From the sequence record KY555145.1: a DNA stretch of 64,000 nucleotides; one strand, given 5' to 3'. Position numbers and translations under genes: made by a program. Below, piece by piece: positions 60,212-64,000 of this stretch. Within the stretch, counting starts at the first letter, position 1. Each line of letters begins with the position of its first letter. The notes under the pieces are model-generated. The model was not told the DNA's origin, searched no databases, and was given only the letters and a program-made list of their open reading frames with translations.

Positions 60212-60818
60212 ACTGATCCTGGGCACCGGCGCGGTCGTCGCGGCCTCGGCCCTGCCGACCGTGGTCGAGGCCGCGCGCATCAAGCCCATTCGACGCTTGC
60301 TCCTGGAGAGCGGCTTCGTCCAACACGAGACCTTCGCCACCTCCTGGATGGCGACCTGGACGGAAGACTCCCACGCCTCGCGGCATGCCGAGGTCGTGCG
60401 GGCCTGGATCGACGAAACGGTCCAGAGCGGCTATCTCAAGTGTGGCGGCGAGACCCTCATCCTCGACAAGCACGTGCGGCTTCCGCAGGTGGACTTCACG
60501 ATCTCGCCGGCCGACAAGGTCTGGTCGCACTGGTCGGGCTGGGTCGAGGAGGCGGGGCTGAAGGTCGTCGTGCGCGTGCTCGCGTCCGATCCCCAGGTCG
60601 ATGCGACCTTCGATCCGGTCTATCTGATGAAGACCCGCTGGCAGGCCGACGGGACCCAGGCTCCGGAGGAGACTCGCTACCTCGTCCGCCGGCCGCTCCT
60701 GCGCTACCACGAGGAGCGCGAGCTTCGCTACGCCCTCGGAGACACCGCCGGCTACTCGCCGAACTCGTTGATCGAGTTCGACAATAGCTGGCTCCTGGAT
60801 ATGGCGAAGACCGCATGA
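60198..60818 (+). CDS. hypothetical protein with twin-arginine (Tat)-like signal
   Basis: MNRRELILGTGAVVAASALP. Confidence 0.65.
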   Translation: MNRRELILGTGAVVAASALPTVVEAARIKPIRRLLLESGFVQHETFATSWMATWTEDSHASRHAEVVRAWIDETVQSGYLKCGGETLILDKHVRLPQVDFTISPADKVWSHWSGWVEEAGLKVVVRVLASDPQVDATFDPVYLMKTRWQADGTQAPEETRYLVRRPLLRYHEERELRYALGDTAGYSPNSLIEFDNSWLLDMAKTA

Positions 60819-61318
60819 TCCGCTCGACCGGAGAAGCGCCCGAGACCCGCGCCGGCCGTCTTGCCGAGGGCTATGCCGCGCAGAAAGCCGCGATCAAGAA
60901 GCTGCTGGACAGTCCGCCCGAGGTGGTGAACGCCCATTGGCAGCACCTGAGCGCGATGATCTGGGCGCACTGTGATCTGCGGGTCCTCGGGGAGTGGCAG
61001 GAACGGCCGGTCCGGGGCTGGATCGCCGAGCACATCAACGCCCCGTTCGACATCTGCCTTTCCCAGGACGGGAACGGCCGCACGATCAGCGATACTGATC
61101 TGGCGATCTCGATGATCACCAATCTGCTCCCGACGGCCTCGATCGAAATTCGAAAGTGGCCTCCCGGCGGAATCCAGATGCCCTGGGAGTTGAAGCTGGA
61201 CACGCGCTTCAGCGCCGGCCGCCACCAGGGCCTTCTCTGGGGTTTCGGCCACAATATCGCCCAGGCCGCTTGGCGCGCCTATTTCAGCTACATCAACAAG
61301 GAGCCCACCGATGTCTGA
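60815..61318 (+). CDS. hypothetical protein
   Basis: ATGA overlap. Confidence 0.6.
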   Translation: MIRSTGEAPETRAGRLAEGYAAQKAAIKKLLDSPPEVVNAHWQHLSAMIWAHCDLRVLGEWQERPVRGWIAEHINAPFDICLSQDGNGRTISDTDLAISMITNLLPTASIEIRKWPPGGIQMPWELKLDTRFSAGRHQGLLWGFGHNIAQAAWRAYFSYINKEPTDV

Positions 61319-61529
61319 CGTCTTCGACGAGGTCGAGCGCCGCCTGAACCGCCGGCGTCCTGGCTTCTGGATTCACAAGGTCGCCATCGCGATCATCGTG
61401 GTGATCGGCCTGTTGGTCGTCGCCGGCGCCGCCGTCCAGGTCTTCAACCCGACCCTGGCGGTCCAGTGGCAGGCCAAGCAGGACGCGGCCTATGACCGCG
61501 CCTACGAAGAAGCCCGGCGGGCCGAGTGA
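61311..61529 (+). CDS. small single-TM protein
   Basis: hydrophobic segment aa 21-44. Confidence 0.6.
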   Translation: MSDVFDEVERRLNRRRPGFWIHKVAIAIIVVIGLLVVAGAAVQVFNPTLAVQWQAKQDAAYDRAYEEARRAE

Positions 61530-62020
61530 TGGCGATCTTCGCGCCTGAATACACCTGGGAGGCGATCGGCACCGATGTCGCCGTTGGCCTGACCGAGGCG
61601 GTGATCCGGGGCGAGGCCGCGCCGGTCTGTGTCGGCTCCTCGCTGCACGCCATGGAATTCCATGTCATCTGGCGCGGCGATCTCTACCGGGCCTTCACCG
61701 GCATGGGGAGCGATCCCGACTGGACCTGCGCCGAGAAGGGCGTGCGGGTTCCGCATCCGCTGGACGGCAAGAAGATCGATGAGATCGAGAAGGTCCAGTA
61801 TCGCGACGAGGAACGCTATCGCCGCGAGATCGAGACCATGCCCGGTCGGCACCTCTACATCTGCCGCAAGACCGACGACCTCCAGGACATCCTCGCCCGC
61901 ATCCCGATGGACCTGCGGATGCGCCACGAGATGTCGAACATGATCACCCTCCTGGCCCGGATGATGCTGGTCCAGAACTCCACCCGCACGCTTTCCCGCT
62001 CCAAACTCGACCGGTTCTGA
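61526..62020 (+). CDS. hypothetical protein
   Basis: GTGA overlap. Confidence 0.65.
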   Translation: MMAIFAPEYTWEAIGTDVAVGLTEAVIRGEAAPVCVGSSLHAMEFHVIWRGDLYRAFTGMGSDPDWTCAEKGVRVPHPLDGKKIDEIEKVQYRDEERYRREIETMPGRHLYICRKTDDLQDILARIPMDLRMRHEMSNMITLLARMMLVQNSTRTLSRSKLDRF

Positions 62021-62021
62021 C

Positions 62022-62543
62022 ATGACCACCCAACGCCTCGATTTCTCCAGCGACGTCAACTGGCCCCCGAAGGTCGACTTCGATCTCAAGAAGCTGCGCT
62101 ACGACGTGGCGGTCGAAATCCTGGAGACCCTGTGGCCCAAGCACCGCCACGACAAGCGCCACGACCTGTCGCTGCTGGGCTCGCTCTGCAAGGTCAAGTT
62201 CGGCGCGGCCGGCTTCAAGGCCGACGACATCAAGGAGCAGACCCTGGCGGTCATGCGCACGCTCGAAGCGGCCAACTTCGTGCGCAACGACGGCGGCGAC
62301 TGGCACCTGACGGCGACTGGCGCGATCTGGGTCCTGGTGGCCCGGACCGCGCCCTCGGGCTGGGCGACCGAGAGCGCCCTGCTTCACCACATCGAACTGG
62401 CGACCTTCCCCGCCGCCGAGATCATCTGGGCGGTCGAGTCCTGCCCCTATTTCCACATCCGCAAGGGAAGCCTGTTCGACGACAAGGTCTTCGATCTCCA
62501 GGCCTACCAGCAGCCGCTCGACGGGTGGAACGGATGGCGCTGA
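62022..62543 (+). CDS. hypothetical protein, possible wHTH
   Basis: LEAANFVR..G..WHLTATG. Confidence 0.6.
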   Translation: MTTQRLDFSSDVNWPPKVDFDLKKLRYDVAVEILETLWPKHRHDKRHDLSLLGSLCKVKFGAAGFKADDIKEQTLAVMRTLEAANFVRNDGGDWHLTATGAIWVLVARTAPSGWATESALLHHIELATFPAAEIIWAVESCPYFHIRKGSLFDDKVFDLQAYQQPLDGWNGWR

Positions 62544-63070
62544 TCCCCAAGACCTGGGACAGCCTGATTCTCGACCTGCGGACCGCCGCCGAGGACAAGG
62601 ACCGCGAGGCCTGGGACGACGCGATCCAGGCCCTGGAAAGCGCCTTCGACGAGCATGTCGAGGGACCGCTGGAGAGCCATCCCAACACCCTGGCCTGGAA
62701 GAAGAGCCTCGACGAGAAGACGCGGTTCCTGGCCGGCTGGCGCCACTGGGGCGGCGGGGCGCGTGACGTCCCCGACGCCTACCGGGGCGACCCGCACTTC
62801 AACCGGGGCCGGTCCGGCGCGGCGATCGCCCAGGACATGAGCGCGGTGAAGGACCTTGACGCGTGTCACCATCCGGTCAAGCATCGGATCGCCGGCGGGG
62901 ATAATCAGGTCCTGCCGCGCCACCCGGCCGTCTATGGCTCCTACGCGGTCGAAATCTGCCGCCTCTGCCGGGGGTGGTCCCTGGTCCAGCACGGGACGCC
63001 CCGGTGGCGTCCTGGTCCGTACTATGACGCCTACGAGAAGGCGACGCGCGAGGAAGAGGAGCGCTGCTGA
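62534..63070 (+). CDS. hypothetical protein
   Basis: MALIPKTW...; C.H...EIC.LC.GW. Confidence 0.65.
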   Translation: MALIPKTWDSLILDLRTAAEDKDREAWDDAIQALESAFDEHVEGPLESHPNTLAWKKSLDEKTRFLAGWRHWGGGARDVPDAYRGDPHFNRGRSGAAIAQDMSAVKDLDACHHPVKHRIAGGDNQVLPRHPAVYGSYAVEICRLCRGWSLVQHGTPRWRPGPYYDAYEKATREEEERC

Positions 63071-63765
63071 TGCTCTATGTGTTCGGGGATATCCACGGCC
63101 GCCTCGACCTCCTGGAGAAGGCGCGACACGAAATCCGTGTACGCGGCGACTGCACGCAGATGATCTTCCTCGGGGACTATGTCGATCGCGGCCCTGACAG
63201 CAGGGGCGTGGTCGAGGCCGTGATGGCGCTCCAGGCCCAGGGCGAGATCGCCCTGATGGGCAACCATGAGGAAATGATGCTGACCGCCTGTCAGATCAAG
63301 TCCTACAACGCCATGTCCAAGCTCTGGGTGTCGAACGGCGGCAAGCAGACCCTGAAGTCCTACGGCGCCGGCGACAATGCCTGGAACGCCAAGTGGGACC
63401 TGATCCCCCAGGAGCACGTCGACTGGCTGGCGCGGCTCAAGCCGATCCACGAGACGCCGGGGCGGGTGTTCGTTCACGCCGGCCTCGCGCCGGGCGTGGC
63501 GGTCAAGATGCAGGAGGAGGAACACCTTCTCTGGATCAGGGACAAGTTCCTCAACGCCTCGGCCGACCAGTTCGAAAAGCACGTCGTCCACGGCCACACC
63601 CACACCCATGCGCGCAAGAAGATCGAAGAGCCCGAGCTTCTCGCCCACCGGACCAACCTCGACACCGGGGCCTTCTATACCGGCGTCCTGGCCGTCGGGG
63701 TGTTCGATCCGGACGGCTATGGCGGACCCGAGGAGGTGCTGTTGATCCGCGAGGACGACGCATGA
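63070..63765 (+). CDS. Ser/Thr protein phosphatase (calcineurin-like metallophosphoesterase)
   Basis: GDIHG, LGDYVDRGPDS, GNHE, FVHAG, LWIR, VHGHT, NLDTGA. Confidence 0.92.
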   Translation: MLYVFGDIHGRLDLLEKARHEIRVRGDCTQMIFLGDYVDRGPDSRGVVEAVMALQAQGEIALMGNHEEMMLTACQIKSYNAMSKLWVSNGGKQTLKSYGAGDNAWNAKWDLIPQEHVDWLARLKPIHETPGRVFVHAGLAPGVAVKMQEEEHLLWIRDKFLNASADQFEKHVVHGHTHTHARKKIEEPELLAHRTNLDTGAFYTGVLAVGVFDPDGYGGPEEVLLIREDDA

Positions 63766-64000
63766 TCCCAGACTTCGTCCAGAAGGCGCGCAAGCTCCTG
63801 CGCCTCTATGGCGACAAGCCCAAGGTCAAGCCGGCCGATCCCGCCGCGCCGCTCGGGGGAAGCGTGTCTTCGCCGCCCCTCCCGGCGGCGCCGTCTCTAT
63901 CCTCCACCCACGGGTTCTGGGGCGGCCCTGGCGGCGGCTCGATCCACGTGGGCTCCGGCCATGCGACCGCCATGGGCTCGGGCGGGGGCGGTAGCACCCA
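63762..64000 (+). CDS. Pro/Gly/Ser-rich hypothetical protein, runs off window end
   Basis: ATGA overlap; open to the edge. Confidence 0.55.
   Translation, partial: MIPDFVQKARKLLRLYGDKPKVKPADPAAPLGGSVSSPPLPAAPSLSSTHGFWGGPGGGSIHVGSGHATAMGSGGGGST

Noticed and set aside
1-64000. tRNA, rRNA, integrase or structural genes
   Set aside because: No cloverleaf with canonical D/T arms and no such protein motifs found by eye

Overview
This is a 64 kb stretch of a large, GC-rich lytic phage genome. It is most consistent with a phiCbK-like Caulobacter phage (inference from a GcrA homolog, an alphaproteobacterial-type XRE regulator and RpoD-type promoters). No structural, lysis, tRNA or CRISPR features were seen. 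It is an early/accessory region of about 120 mostly small, tightly overlapping genes in four blocks: (-) 1-242, (+) 358-1854, (-) 1933-45260 and (+) 45395-64000. Recognisable products are ATP-dependent DNA ligase, a SLOG/DUF2493 protein, a frameshifted DUF1643 gene, an Ntn (HslV-like) hydrolase, an NAD+ salvage pair (NAMPT plus NMNAT-Nudix), Pth2, a RelA/SpoT-type HD hydrolase, two HNH nucleases, a MazG-like protein, RtcB, an SPFH lipoprotein, ArdC, an ACP-like protein, a 5'(3')-nucleotidase, XRE regulators, GcrA, a phosphohistidine swivelling-domain protein, DUF1937 and a Ser/Thr phosphatase. The most striking unexplained structure is a promoter/leader element present about 18 times: GTGTTGACA-N17/18-TAGAAG-like-N5-8-GACGACAAC-RBS, with a conserved box placed at the predicted transcript 5' end. 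There is also a diverged tandem duplication (45573-47677) and an 81-aa protein built from DNA polymerase A motif A and C look-alikes. One part of the window is an assembly artefact: a complete Illumina TruSeq adapter at 26479-26542, an ~0.8 kb inserted fragment and a 295-bp exact duplication that together split one gene. Protein family calls are from motif recognition by eye, not database searches.
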